From positions 3,420,001 to 3,452,000 of the forward strand of contig NC_014148.1 in NCBI RefSeq assembly GCF_000092105.1: a stretch of 32,000 nt of DNA. The letters run 5' to 3'. The position numbers and the translations under genes were made by a program. Under the pieces are notes generated by a model. The model saw only the letters and a program-made list of their open reading frames with translations. It did no database searches and was not told the DNA's origin. The stretch is from Planctopirus limnophila DSM 3776 (GTDB lineage: Bacteria; Planctomycetota; Planctomycetia; Planctomycetales; Planctomycetaceae). Shown here piece by piece: positions 1 to 9,522 of this stretch (position 1 is the first letter of the stretch; each line of letters starts with the position of its first letter).

Positions 1-675
1 GGAGCGATCTGGTATCAGGGTGAATCGAACGCCGGCCGTGCCGAACAGTATCGCAAACTGCTCCCCACCATGATTGCTGACTGGCGGAAGCAATGGGGAC
101 AAGGTGATTTCCCCTTCTATGTCGTCCAACTTGCCAATTATCTCGCCAAGACCCCAGAACCTGTCGAAAGTGCCTGGGCTGAACTTCGCGAAGCTCAGTG
201 GCTGACTGGCAAAAATGTCCCCAATGCAGGCACAGCCATTATCATCGATATTGGTGAAGAAAAGGATATTCACCCTCAAAACAAACAGGATGTCGGCAAG
301 CGACTGGCACTATTGGCTCTGAAAAACACATATGGCAAAGATGTCCCTTCGCAGGGCCCGGTCTACAAATCGATGACCGTAGAAGGCAACAAAATCCGTC
401 TGGCGTTCGATCATGTCCATGGCGGGTTGAAAGTGGCTGGCGATGAACTCCGCAGCTTTGCCGTTTGCGGCGAAGACAAAAAATGGGCCTGGGCCAAAGC
501 GTCGATTGATGGCGATACCGTCGTGCTGGTCGTCCCTGACTCGATCACCAAGCCCGTCGCTGTCCGCTATGCCTGGGCCAATAATCCCGATGCGACTCTG
601 TTCAACGCAGCCGGTTTGCCAGCCGTCCCTTTCCGCACCGATAACTTCCCCGGCGCCACCACCGGCAAGAAGTAG
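1..675 (+). CDS. sialate O-acetylesterase-like (SGNH/DUF303) carbohydrate esterase, C-terminal part; 5' end lies outside the window
   Basis: Frame 1 is open from base 1 (GAIWYQGESNAGRAEQYRKLLPTMIADWRKQWGQGDFPFYVVQLANY...), so the Met at 70 in the ORF track is internal. The IWYQGESN block and the RYAWANNP tail are typical of this esterase family. The stop at 673-675 is followed by a strong terminator. Confidence 0.8.
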   Translation, partial: GAIWYQGESNAGRAEQYRKLLPTMIADWRKQWGQGDFPFYVVQLANYLAKTPEPVESAWAELREAQWLTGKNVPNAGTAIIIDIGEEKDIHPQNKQDVGKRLALLALKNTYGKDVPSQGPVYKSMTVEGNKIRLAFDHVHGGLKVAGDELRSFAVCGEDKKWAWAKASIDGDTVVLVVPDSITKPVAVRYAWANNPDATLFNAAGLPAVPFRTDNFPGATTGKK

Positions 676-728
676 ACCGGCATCACAACTCGCAGAATGA
701 TCAGTAGTTTGCTGGTCAGCATGAACAC

Positions 729-770
729 GACAGGCCACATACTTGCCAGCAGTATGTGGCCTGTCTTTTT
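729..770 (+). terminator. rho-independent terminator of the esterase gene
   Basis: A perfect 15-bp stem (729-743 gacaggccacatact / 751-765 agtatgtggcctgtc) with a 7-nt loop is followed by TTTTT at 766-770. Confidence 0.8.
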
Positions 771-917
771 GTCAGCCGGCGCTCTCGGATACGCATCCCA
801 GAAAACAATTGCGTGCAAAGAGTCGATCAAACATGCTCGCTCCGAGCCACAAGCTGGGCACTCAATGCGCCCTTGTATCCGGGAGTTCGTATGAAAATAG
901 GCACTGATTGAAAAGCC

Positions 918-2486
918 TCACGAGAGCTTTTGACGAACAGCTTTCAACAGGTTGTAGAACAGTTCCATCGAAGCTTCGACCTGCTCGCTGGTGATCACCA
1001 GTGGCGGACTGACACGCAGTACGCACTTGGAAAGCGGGCCCAGCAGATGAATCCCGTCGCCCCAGGTTCCATCACTTTGAAGCCCATGGCCTTGATAGCA
1101 GCCACTGACAATCGCTGCTGCGACTTCTGCAGGAGCCAGTCCTGCAAATGGGGCGCATTCGATCCCATATACCATCCCCTCGCCACGGACATACGAAGTT
1201 AACCCGGTCTCTTTCAAACGATTCAGACCGGCCAACATCCGTGGTTCCATTTGCCGCACATGGCTCATCAAATCACGCGACTCGAATTCATCCAGCGTGG
1301 CGACAACCGCAGCACAGGAAAGTGGATTTGCACTCCATGTGTCACTCAACTCGCCATAGGGGAGCATCTTCATCCATTTCGACGAGCCCGCCACGGCTGC
1401 CACGGGAACACCATTCCCCAGCCCCTTACCCAGCACGACAAAATCCGGTTCGACTCCGTACTTCTCAAAAGCGTACATCGAGCCAGTGCGGCCAAAATTG
1501 GCTTGAACCTCGTCAAAGATCAGCAGGATGTCGTGCTCCCTGCAGAACTGCTGCAGCAACTGATGGTATTCGCGCGGAGGATGATAGCTCCCGCCACCTC
1601 CCAGATAAGGCTCAGTAATCAGACACCCGATCTTCGAACCATATTCGGCCCAGATCGACTCCAGTTCCTTTCGATAGACCGTCAAATCGATGGGAGCGGC
1701 TGCCGACTGATCTCGAATCTCTTCGCGGGGAAAACCAATGAAACGCACCCGAGGATCTCGTTCCCGATCACTTTCAGAGCCAGTCACGGCATTGGAAAGA
1801 CCTTTCTTGCCGTGATATCCATAACGCGTGGCAAGAATCATGGGCCTCGATGGATCGCGATTCAGGCACACCCACAGGGCTTTATGAACGGCTTCTGAAC
1901 CAGAGGCTGCCCAGGCAATTGTCTCCAGTCGTCTGCCGAGTGGTGTCTGTTGCAGACTTTTCACCAGACGTTCACAGGCCAGCACTTCAATCGAAGTCAC
2001 ACTGTTGTAAGCCGTCATGGTTAAACCCATGCCAAACTCTTCGGCACCGGTGATTTCGTCACTCTCGATGTCACCAAAGAGCAGGTTCGGCAGCCACTGG
2101 GAATACCTGGCAAAACGCCTCATCCAACGCAATGGATTATGCCCCAGATTCGAAACGAGAACTCCCGATGTGAAGTCGTACAACCGGCGGCCTTCGGTCG
2201 TCCAATGGTAGATTCCGGAAGATCGCGCTAGAACCGCTTGAGTCGGCGTATAAGTTCGATGAGCGGGCGGCTCCAGCTCCGAGAGTTCCTGCCGCCATTT
2301 GTTCGACTCATCTTCGCCAGCGAAAACCTCCAGCGGATGAAACCATGCTTTTGAAGAAGCCTCTGAGTCAACAGGCCGCAGAGTCTGATCCGTTTTCTCC
2401 ATCGAAGCTGGTACCATGGCGTTAATCTCCCGGTTGACGAGGATCAGCTCAACTGCTGCATGTCTCTCAAACTCATCGTGCCACAC
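918..2486 (-). CDS. class III PLP-dependent aminotransferase
   Basis: 522-aa ORF with the class III signature LIFDEVQANFGRTGSMYAFEKYGVEPDFVVLGKGLGNG (DEVQ.GFGRTG block plus the PLP-lysine GK motif). The true start may be the internal Met at 2417 or 2402 (MVPASMEKTD...). Confidence 0.8.
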   Translation of the reverse strand: MWHDEFERHAAVELILVNREINAMVPASMEKTDQTLRPVDSEASSKAWFHPLEVFAGEDESNKWRQELSELEPPAHRTYTPTQAVLARSSGIYHWTTEGRRLYDFTSGVLVSNLGHNPLRWMRRFARYSQWLPNLLFGDIESDEITGAEEFGMGLTMTAYNSVTSIEVLACERLVKSLQQTPLGRRLETIAWAASGSEAVHKALWVCLNRDPSRPMILATRYGYHGKKGLSNAVTGSESDRERDPRVRFIGFPREEIRDQSAAAPIDLTVYRKELESIWAEYGSKIGCLITEPYLGGGGSYHPPREYHQLLQQFCREHDILLIFDEVQANFGRTGSMYAFEKYGVEPDFVVLGKGLGNGVPVAAVAGSSKWMKMLPYGELSDTWSANPLSCAAVVATLDEFESRDLMSHVRQMEPRMLAGLNRLKETGLTSYVRGEGMVYGIECAPFAGLAPAEVAAAIVSGCYQGHGLQSDGTWGDGIHLLGPLSKCVLRVSPPLVITSEQVEASMELFYNLLKAVRQKLS

Positions 2487-2489
2487 ACC

Positions 2490-3374
2490 TTAGCTGATTT
2501 CTTTTCCTCGGACAAAATCAGAGATCAGTGGAATCAGCTCTTCTTGAGCATCTTCAAGGATGTAGTGGCCGCAATCAGGAAAATAACGGACATGAGCCTG
2601 AGAAAATCGAACTCGCCATTCCGCCAGAAAATGGTCATCAAATACAAAATCTTTAGCGCCCCAGCCAATCAGCATCGGTTTAGATTGCAGGCGGTGCAGT
2701 GCCTGGGCGGTCTTCGAGACAGCGACCCAACTGGGATGCTGCTCATTCAAAGGAATATCCTGCACGAATCGATGGACTGCCCGGCGATTAGACCACGAGT
2801 CATACGGGGCACAATAACTGCGAGCCACATCGGCTGGCATGGGGCGACGAGTCACACAACTGCGGACAGCCCCTTCACTGAAGGCATTGAATCCGCGAAC
2901 CAGAAGTGACCCCAGCCCCGGTGTGCGGGCCAGTCGCAATTGCCACGGCACAGGCTTTTGCTTTGGAAGAGGGAACGCACCGGTATTCAGAATCACCAGA
3001 CGCTCAACCTGTTCCACATGCTCGACGGCCCAGCCGCAGCCAATCATGCCACCCCAGTCATGCACGACAAGAGTCACCGGTTCCGTCAATTGCAGCCCAT
3101 CGATCCATTCCGTGATGTCCGAAATGCGACGTTCCAGTCGATAAGGATAGTCGCGATCGGCCGGCTTATCAGAGAGTCCACAACCAATGTGATCCGGGAC
3201 AAGACAACGATGTGTGGCTTTGAGCGAATCAATCAGGTTTCGAAAGTAATAACTCCAGTTCGGATTTCCATGGAGCATGATGACAGGTCGACCTGCACCG
3301 GCATCCCGGTAGTGCATCCGATGACCACTGATGGTAACAAACTGACTGTCGGCAAAGGGTGCTGGCACAATCAA
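2490..3374 (-). CDS. alpha/beta hydrolase, haloalkane dehalogenase-like
   Basis: 294 aa with LHGNPNWSYYFRNLI and a nucleophile elbow VVHDWGGMIG (Asp nucleophile), as in haloalkane dehalogenase-type hydrolases. It lies directly upstream of, and co-oriented with, the aminotransferase. Confidence 0.75.
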   Translation of the reverse strand: MIVPAPFADSQFVTISGHRMHYRDAGAGRPVIMLHGNPNWSYYFRNLIDSLKATHRCLVPDHIGCGLSDKPADRDYPYRLERRISDITEWIDGLQLTEPVTLVVHDWGGMIGCGWAVEHVEQVERLVILNTGAFPLPKQKPVPWQLRLARTPGLGSLLVRGFNAFSEGAVRSCVTRRPMPADVARSYCAPYDSWSNRRAVHRFVQDIPLNEQHPSWVAVSKTAQALHRLQSKPMLIGWGAKDFVFDDHFLAEWRVRFSQAHVRYFPDCGHYILEDAQEELIPLISDFVRGKEIS

Positions 3375-3451
3375 CTTTCAGATCAAGGCAAGCATATCCA
3401 CGGAGTTGCTCAAGGAGAGACTGTCGAAGGTGCTGGTTCATACCAGAACCC

Positions 3452-4762
3452 TCAATTCCCCTGACCGGGAGATGAGGGCTCTTTCTTGGCATCTGCCTGT
3501 GGAGAATCACCGGCTGGCTGGGCAGGCGTCTCCGAAGTTTTCTGTGCCGGTTGACCGTCCTGAGAAGTGCCAGCCTTTGCTGGAGTGCTCTCCGCTGATT
3601 GATCGACATCACTGGCTGAAGGGGGCGAAAGCTTCTCGACCACAGGCACAACCAGACTGTCTGGTTGAGCACGCTGCAAGCCCGAAATCACGACTCGATC
3701 AGCAGCAGTGATCCCGGTGAGAATTACACGAAACTCGCCTATCTTCGAACCCGTCGTCACTGTTTTCTGCTGAACCTTATTCTCGGCATCGACCACCAGC
3801 AGGTACTTCCCTTCCTGGTTTGTTCCTAACGCCAGATCAGGTACCAGCAGAGCCTGAGGCAGCACTTTTTGTGGAGCTCGGATGCGGACAAATAATCCGG
3901 GAAGTATACCGCCATCCGGATTCGGGAAGGTCCCTCTGACAAGTAAAGTCCCTGTGCTCGCATCCACACCAGGATCGGTATAATCCGAGAATCCTGAATA
4001 AGGATAACCCACATCCGTCAACAGCCCCATCTGCAGTGGCACCGGAGTACGATGCTCTGGATCCTGCGCATTCTTGACCAGATTCGCGCGGAACTCCAGA
4101 AGTTCTCGCTCACTGACATTGAAATAGACATACACGGGATCGTAGGCCTCAACAGTTGTCAAAAGCGTTTCCTGTGCGAGGACAATATTGCCCTCATCGA
4201 TCATTCTCCGGCCAACTCGTCCATCAATCGGCGAGCGGATCTCGGTGTATTTCATATCCAGTTCGGCCCGCTGGACAGCCGCCTTCTCCGCTTCGATCTG
4301 TGCCAGGTTACTATCGCGTTCAGCGACAGTCGTATCCAGGTCTGCACTGGTGGCGACATTCTTTTTGACCAGCGTTTCCACTCGAGCCAGATCGGCTACA
4401 GAGAGTGCATAAGCCGCTTCGGCCTTTCTCAAATTCGCTTTGGCCTGTTCAAGGGTAATGCGGAAGGGATCCTGTTCGATGGTGAACAGCAACTCACCCG
4501 CTTTGACCCGGGCACCATCTTTGAAGTGGACTTTATGAAGGTAACCCGTGACACGGGCTTTCAACTCGACCGTATCAACAGAAGCTGTCGTCCCGGTGAA
4601 CTCATAGTACTGCGTGACTGGCTGCACGACAGGCAGCGCCACTTTGACCTTGGGAGGAGGTGGCTCCTGATAGGCATTCTCCTTCTGGCAACCGGTCATC
4701 AGCAACAGAGCACAAGTGCTGACCGCCAGAAATTGCTTTGCAGTACCTGACAATACCAACAT
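3452..4762 (-). CDS. efflux transporter periplasmic adaptor subunit (membrane fusion protein, HlyD/RND-MFP family), lipoprotein
   Basis: The start is chosen at Met 4762 (MLVLSGTAKQFLAVSTCALLLMTGC), which gives a lipobox LMTG|C; the ORF track extends to 4807. MFP hallmarks are VTGYLHKVHFKDGARVKAGELLFTIE, coiled-coil hairpin repeats and IRSPIDGRVGRR. The C-terminal tail is low-complexity and rich in P, A, S and Q. Confidence 0.85.
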   Translation of the reverse strand: MLVLSGTAKQFLAVSTCALLLMTGCQKENAYQEPPPPKVKVALPVVQPVTQYYEFTGTTASVDTVELKARVTGYLHKVHFKDGARVKAGELLFTIEQDPFRITLEQAKANLRKAEAAYALSVADLARVETLVKKNVATSADLDTTVAERDSNLAQIEAEKAAVQRAELDMKYTEIRSPIDGRVGRRMIDEGNIVLAQETLLTTVEAYDPVYVYFNVSERELLEFRANLVKNAQDPEHRTPVPLQMGLLTDVGYPYSGFSDYTDPGVDASTGTLLVRGTFPNPDGGILPGLFVRIRAPQKVLPQALLVPDLALGTNQEGKYLLVVDAENKVQQKTVTTGSKIGEFRVILTGITAADRVVISGLQRAQPDSLVVPVVEKLSPPSASDVDQSAESTPAKAGTSQDGQPAQKTSETPAQPAGDSPQADAKKEPSSPGQGN

Positions 4763-5112
4763 CCCGTGCCTCGATTTCCATGGATGACCAGATCGAAAAA
4801 CGATCAATGACCAGCAACTCTCGAATCATCCCAGGCTGGTACATGAGCCTCGAATTCAACTCATTCTCTCATGAGAATTCGAAACCAGCGAGTCAGATCA
4901 CTGAAAAAGTTGCGTCTGGTCGATCAAAATTCGATCCAGCAGGGCCTTTTCGTAAGTCCACATCAACAATCTCCGATGAATCGGTACCATGTGTGGACAA
5001 TATCGATGGCTCTCGACACATCGTTTTCGCACTTTTAGTGAATCACGATGAGCGAAACACTGCAGGCGAACACTTCCTGTCGTCGAATCTTGAACCCTGT
5101 GCCGAGCGTTGT

Positions 5113-5604
5113 CTATTTCGCTGGGACGATGGTGGTTTTATCATCCGCGCGCCAGATCCGATACCGGACTTCGGCCCCCTCAGGAACATAAACCACGACT
5201 GGCAACCGACTGTTGTAGCGGATCAACTGTGGTTCGCCTCCCAGTGTGACAAAACGATCCACCAGGGGTTCATTGGGATCGACGCCAATCAAAGTGCCAC
5301 CCATGGGCCCCAGTTTGGCAACCACATACTTCGTAAAACCCCAACCATCGATATTTTTGGCCTCTAGACTTCCACCGAAGAAGAAGTGATTGCGACTGTC
5401 AGTCTTGACCACTTTCCCCACCTGTAACTCAACTTTAAACAGGCTTTCATCAGGTTGCGGCTCCAGAAAGATCACATGTCGAGTCATTCCCGGCTCAGCC
5501 GGAGGAAAAGCCTTGAGGTTCTGTTCGGCCTCTCCACCCTGCACCACCGGCAGCAGACATACCAACACCATCCCGACAAAGCATTTCCCAAAACTTGTTA
5601 ACAT
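5113..5604 (-). CDS. eco: ecotin-family serine protease inhibitor with signal peptide
   Basis: The protein aligns by eye along most of E. coli ecotin (AFPPAEPGMTRHVIFL.PQ.DESLFKVEL..G, GG.LE.K...GWG, LIRYNSRLPVVVYVPEGAEVRYRIW). The start is set at Met 5604 (MLTSFGKCFVGMVLVCLLPVVQG, signal-like), with GGAGG 7-11 nt upstream. The ORF-track start at 5754 adds 50 unlikely residues. Confidence 0.8.
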   Translation of the reverse strand: MLTSFGKCFVGMVLVCLLPVVQGGEAEQNLKAFPPAEPGMTRHVIFLEPQPDESLFKVELQVGKVVKTDSRNHFFFGGSLEAKNIDGWGFTKYVVAKLGPMGGTLIGVDPNEPLVDRFVTLGGEPQLIRYNSRLPVVVYVPEGAEVRYRIWRADDKTTIVPAK

Positions 5605-5800
5605 CGTCTTGCCTCCATTCACTGATTGGTCAACTCGGCGATATGGGATCGCGCTGCCGGAACCTGAATCAAGATTCCTGATTATCCAAAATGTACCTGT
5701 GCATGAGATCTGAAGGGATCCTTGCACCACGAGTTCCCAAAACTTCGTGATCAACAGGCAATTGAACCAGAATTACTGATGACGATCCGATCATCTCAAT

Positions 5801-6259
5801 TTGACCGTTCGCTGGCACTCGATGCTTCGCTCAATTTCCCTCGAATACGACAGGCAGCGAATGATGGACAGACTTAAGAAATTAGCCGCCTATGCCTGGG
5901 CATCCCCCAACACCCTCCTTGGCATTCTAATGGCATTGATTGTGGGTCGAAGCACCAATCAATGGGTCTGGGTCGACGGTGTCCTGGAAATCAGCGGCCC
6001 CAAACTTGCCTCCTGGTTGAATCGCCCCTGGGGGGCTCTCTCCAGTATCACAGCCATCACGTTCGGCCATACCGTCCTGGCACAATCACGCGAAGCACAC
6101 GATTTCACACGTGCTCACGAGCGGATCCATGTCCGTCAATACGAACGCTGGGGCCCGGCCTTCATTCCCGCTTACCTCGGAGCCAGTGGTTTCCTCTGGC
6201 TCCGAGGCCGCGATTGCTATCGGGAAAATCCGTTCGAGAAGGAGGCCTATGGGGAGTGA
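5801..6259 (+). CDS. hypothetical small membrane-associated protein with an HExxH motif
   Basis: 152-aa ORF starting at TTG in the track; the real start is probably one of the downstream Mets (MLRS.. or MMDRLKK..). It has one hydrophobic segment (NTLLGILMALIVG) and a TRAHERIHVRQYERWGP block containing H-E-x-x-H. No family name is recognised with confidence. Confidence 0.5.
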   Translation: MTVRWHSMLRSISLEYDRQRMMDRLKKLAAYAWASPNTLLGILMALIVGRSTNQWVWVDGVLEISGPKLASWLNRPWGALSSITAITFGHTVLAQSREAHDFTRAHERIHVRQYERWGPAFIPAYLGASGFLWLRGRDCYRENPFEKEAYGE

Positions 6260-6269
6260 GAGAGGTGGT

Positions 6270-6373
6270 GTTTGATGTTGGGCATTTGGTGTTTGGAAAG
6301 GCCATCCCATGACAACCCACCCACAACCATCAACTCCCCACAAACGCCAAACCTCAAACACCCAACACCAAAC
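6270..6373. repeat. long imperfect inverted repeat between convergent genes (GT-rich arm / CA-rich arm)
   Basis: 6270-6282 gtttgatgttggg pairs with 6361-6373 cccaacaccaaac (12/13). 6285-6296 pairs with 6347-6358 (10 Watson-Crick pairs plus 1 G:T of 12). The loop is about 50 nt and almost pure C/A. The right arm touches the stop codon of the 6373..7314 gene. Confidence 0.4.
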
Positions 6374-7314
6374 TACGCCATCTCACTGCGTACAGTTTCA
6401 AGCAGTTTCTTAGTCGCCTTGATCCCGTCAGCTTCGGAGATTTTACTCCCTTCATATTCAATACCGACATAGCCTTTGTAACCAAAGCTGGCCACAATCT
6501 TCATCATCTTGCGATAGTCGGTGTGGATCTCATTGCCAGCCGCATCGAAGTCGTGAGACTTCGCACTGACAGCTTTGGCAAAGGGCATCAATTCCTCAAC
6601 ACCTTTGTAGCGATCATACATCTCATCTTTGCTGACACGGAAATTCCCGAAGTCAGGCAAAGTCCCGCAGCGGGGATGATCGACCTTCTTCATCACAGCA
6701 GCCAGCCAGGCACCATTTGAAGAGAGCCCGCCATGGTTTTCCACGATCACATTGATATCGTGAGTCGCCGCAAATTCGGTGAGCCGACGCAGGCCATCAG
6801 CAGCACGTGCCAACTGCTCATCATACGATCCACCGCTCTGTGCATTCACTCGAATTGAGTGGCAACCCAGATACTTGGCGGCAGCCACCCACTTGTAATG
6901 ATTCTCGACAGCCTTTTTGCGTTTCGCTTCGTCGGCGTCACCCAGAGCCCCTTCCCCATCGCACATGATCAGCAGGCTCTTCACCCCATGATCGTCTGCG
7001 CGCTTCTTCAAGTCAGCCAGGAAGGCCTGGTCTTCGGCTTTGCCTTTGTAGAACTGATTCACATACTCAATGGCGTTAATGCCAAATTCTTCTTTCGCGA
7101 TCTTCGCAAAGTCCATGGGGTCAGCCTTCTTGTCAAAGAAAGCCTTATGCAATGACCACTGAGCCAGTGAAATTTCAAACGGACTGGCCGATGTCTGTAA
7201 AGCTGCCGCCACTGACCGTGTCGCTGTCATCGATCCAAAAGCCATGCCGGCCACTGCCAGCCCTGAAACTCGAAGCATATCACGACGCGTACAACCCATG
7301 GGACGATCACTCAT
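6373..7314 (-). CDS. sugar phosphate isomerase/epimerase (xylose isomerase-like TIM barrel) with Tat signal
   Basis: 313 aa. The N-terminus [27 protein letters not shown] has a twin-arginine-like RRDML motif followed by a hydrophobic stretch. The body ([36 protein letters not shown]) fits the AP-endonuclease-2/xylose-isomerase-like TIM fold. Confidence 0.8.
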   Translation of the reverse strand: MSDRPMGCTRRDMLRVSGLAVAGMAFGSMTATRSVAAALQTSASPFEISLAQWSLHKAFFDKKADPMDFAKIAKEEFGINAIEYVNQFYKGKAEDQAFLADLKKRADDHGVKSLLIMCDGEGALGDADEAKRKKAVENHYKWVAAAKYLGCHSIRVNAQSGGSYDEQLARAADGLRRLTEFAATHDINVIVENHGGLSSNGAWLAAVMKKVDHPRCGTLPDFGNFRVSKDEMYDRYKGVEELMPFAKAVSAKSHDFDAAGNEIHTDYRKMMKIVASFGYKGYVGIEYEGSKISEADGIKATKKLLETVRSEMA

Positions 7315-7596
7315 CGCAGACCTCTCTGGCGGTAGTTAAAAATGAAACTCAATGACTCAGGATGTTTTTCGGGAACAGACTCGGATAAACCATGAACCTC
7401 AAGCACGGCCAAGGTCTCGACCAGGCATTCAGTGATGTCCCCAAAAACAAATCAACACCAATTGATGGTATCAACCTCATGACCTGTCGTCGAATGTGAT
7501 GTTCGACAGATTCTTCCCGATCAAAGAATTGGCGACCTCTCAACATCTGCCATGAATCAGCCACTGCACAAAGGATTTGTGAATGACATTGGTCCA

Positions 7597-8979
7597 TCAC
7601 TCAGACAGGTTTCCTGCTGCTGACGGCGTTCTTCGCTCCAGGATTTGACGCATTTCGAAGACGAGGTCCTGCGATTGAGCCGCTTCATTGAGTAAGAGCC
7701 AGGGATCATCCGGGAGCAGATGCAGTCGTTCCAGTTCTGTGTCGAGTGGCCGCCTGGTGGCATCGCTCCATGGCTGCTCTAAGACTTGATCGTTCGGAGA
7801 ATTGGTGAGGCCTCCTTCGATCCCCTGAGAATCTTCTTGAACTTGCGAACTCAGATACACATAGCCTGGTGTCACCACGCCTCTCCATTGCCGGGCTGTC
7901 GCCTGCCAGATCACATGCTCTCTGCAGGGAAACTTTTCATTAGCATAATCCTGTAACGTTGGTGACGAGTGATTGGCTTTTCGCAGACATCGCTCAATAG
8001 TTGCCGCCACATCATCTTCACTCAGGAGCATGCTCCAGCGAGAACCAGCAGGGAAGACTTTTTGACTGCAGGCCTCAACATTTTGCGTAGAAACCAGAGG
8101 ATCCTGATCGTTTGAGATCTCCACTTCGCATCCAGATTCCCAATAGATCAAGGGAGGCCGAAAACTCATCAACTCCGTCCCCTGAATCCGCTCACTCCCC
8201 GGATGAATCGATTCGATCAGTTCACCAGCTGCAGCAAAGAGCAGCAGTTGGACCGGTCGAGTCGCTGCGAGCACTCGAAGTTCTTCAAAGAGAACCCCCA
8301 GGGCATGATCTATGAGCGAGGCATAACTCCCATAGACTGGCCACAACTCACCCCATTCAGACGAATCAATTTCCTCCAGTGCCCAACCCTGATCTTCAAA
8401 ATCGCCAAAGTAAAGATCAGCCAGTTCTTGAGGAGGAAGCCAAGGCTTGGGAATTCCACGAGAATGGAGCCATAACCAATGCGATTCCCCGCTCTGACCA
8501 TCATCTCTCAGACGTCCCGATGGATCAATCTTTGAATCCAGCTGCTTTAGCCACTCCACTCCACGAGCCACCAGTTTTGGAAATGGAAACTGGCTGGGCG
8601 CCACGTCCAGCCCATCTCCACCACTGACAAACTCCACAGGTGATTTCAGCAGAGCAGGATGCTTTTCCTGCAAGCTCTTTTGTGCAAACTGACTCTCCTC
8701 CTCGACGAACAGGCGGCACCGATTCGCCTGCTCTGCCAGAGTCGATGCTTCCAGCAGTTGAAGCCCCTTCGTCCACCAGGCAGGAATCGTTCCCAGATCC
8801 GGGTCGTGAGAAATCAATCGCTCAAACAGGACTCCCTCCATCACCAGTCGGTCCAAATGGGGAGTTTCCACCCATTGATTTCCGTAAGGACCAAGCGCTG
8901 CCGCTGCTAATCGTTCAAAGCTGACAACGACCACCAGGGGTGCTGCCGATGACGGGTGGAACGATGCATGCGTTGTCAT
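7597..8979 (-). CDS. hypothetical protein, sulfatase/alkaline-phosphatase-fold-like but lacking the catalytic CxPxR
   Basis: The 460-aa ORF is clearly coding by length and context. The N-terminus PLVVVVSFERLAAAALGPYGNQWVETPHLDRLVMEGVLFERL resembles the sulfatase N-terminal block (..VDDLr...lG.YGn..v.TPniDrLa.eGv.F.n.) but has SF in place of DD, and no Cys/Ser-x-Pro-x-Arg follows. The confidence given is for the ORF; confidence in the function is about 0.35. Confidence 0.6.
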   Translation of the reverse strand: MTTHASFHPSSAAPLVVVVSFERLAAAALGPYGNQWVETPHLDRLVMEGVLFERLISHDPDLGTIPAWWTKGLQLLEASTLAEQANRCRLFVEEESQFAQKSLQEKHPALLKSPVEFVSGGDGLDVAPSQFPFPKLVARGVEWLKQLDSKIDPSGRLRDDGQSGESHWLWLHSRGIPKPWLPPQELADLYFGDFEDQGWALEEIDSSEWGELWPVYGSYASLIDHALGVLFEELRVLAATRPVQLLLFAAAGELIESIHPGSERIQGTELMSFRPPLIYWESGCEVEISNDQDPLVSTQNVEACSQKVFPAGSRWSMLLSEDDVAATIERCLRKANHSSPTLQDYANEKFPCREHVIWQATARQWRGVVTPGYVYLSSQVQEDSQGIEGGLTNSPNDQVLEQPWSDATRRPLDTELERLHLLPDDPWLLLNEAAQSQDLVFEMRQILERRTPSAAGNLSE

Positions 8980-9522
8980 TCAGGAAAACTCCACTCAACT
9001 TTGGGCCCATGCTCATTGAACCAGTGATCATTCAGCCTGGGCTCTTATCCACTCATCCTCACCCACAAATCCTGATGATTCATCAGCATGAGAGCGAGGA
9101 GTTCACGTGGCCTCACTTCCAGAACTCATTCGTACAACTCTTGAGAGCGATTGAACAGCCACCCACGGCATGTTGCCAATTGGCCTCATGTTGCCGGAAG
9201 CGAGGCAACAGAACGTAACCTTATTTCCCGCATACAGTTAGATCGATAACTGAGAACCATTCTCCAGACACTGATGCCGAAACACCACGGCGGTGAGGGC
9301 TGGCAACACTTTGTCAAAAGAAAAAGCGGGCTTCTGTCAACAATCATAACTCATTGCCCATAAATACTTTACGACAACAGGTTGACTTTCGGAAACATCC
9401 TCCCTCGCCCTTCCAAATCAATTGGCGCAACAGCTGCTTTACATCTTATCCATCTGGCGAAACACCACACGACGCTGGATCACACAGTTCTCAACACTTT
9501 GAACAACAGAAAGATCTCGATC

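Noticed and set aside
7349-7600. 83-aa minus-strand ORF between the sulfatase-like gene and the TIM-barrel gene. Similar small intergenic ORFs occur at 8940-9218 and 10349-10904.
   Set aside because: These ORFs are short, have no motifs, show odd composition, and sit in promoter or terminator regions of well-supported neighbours.
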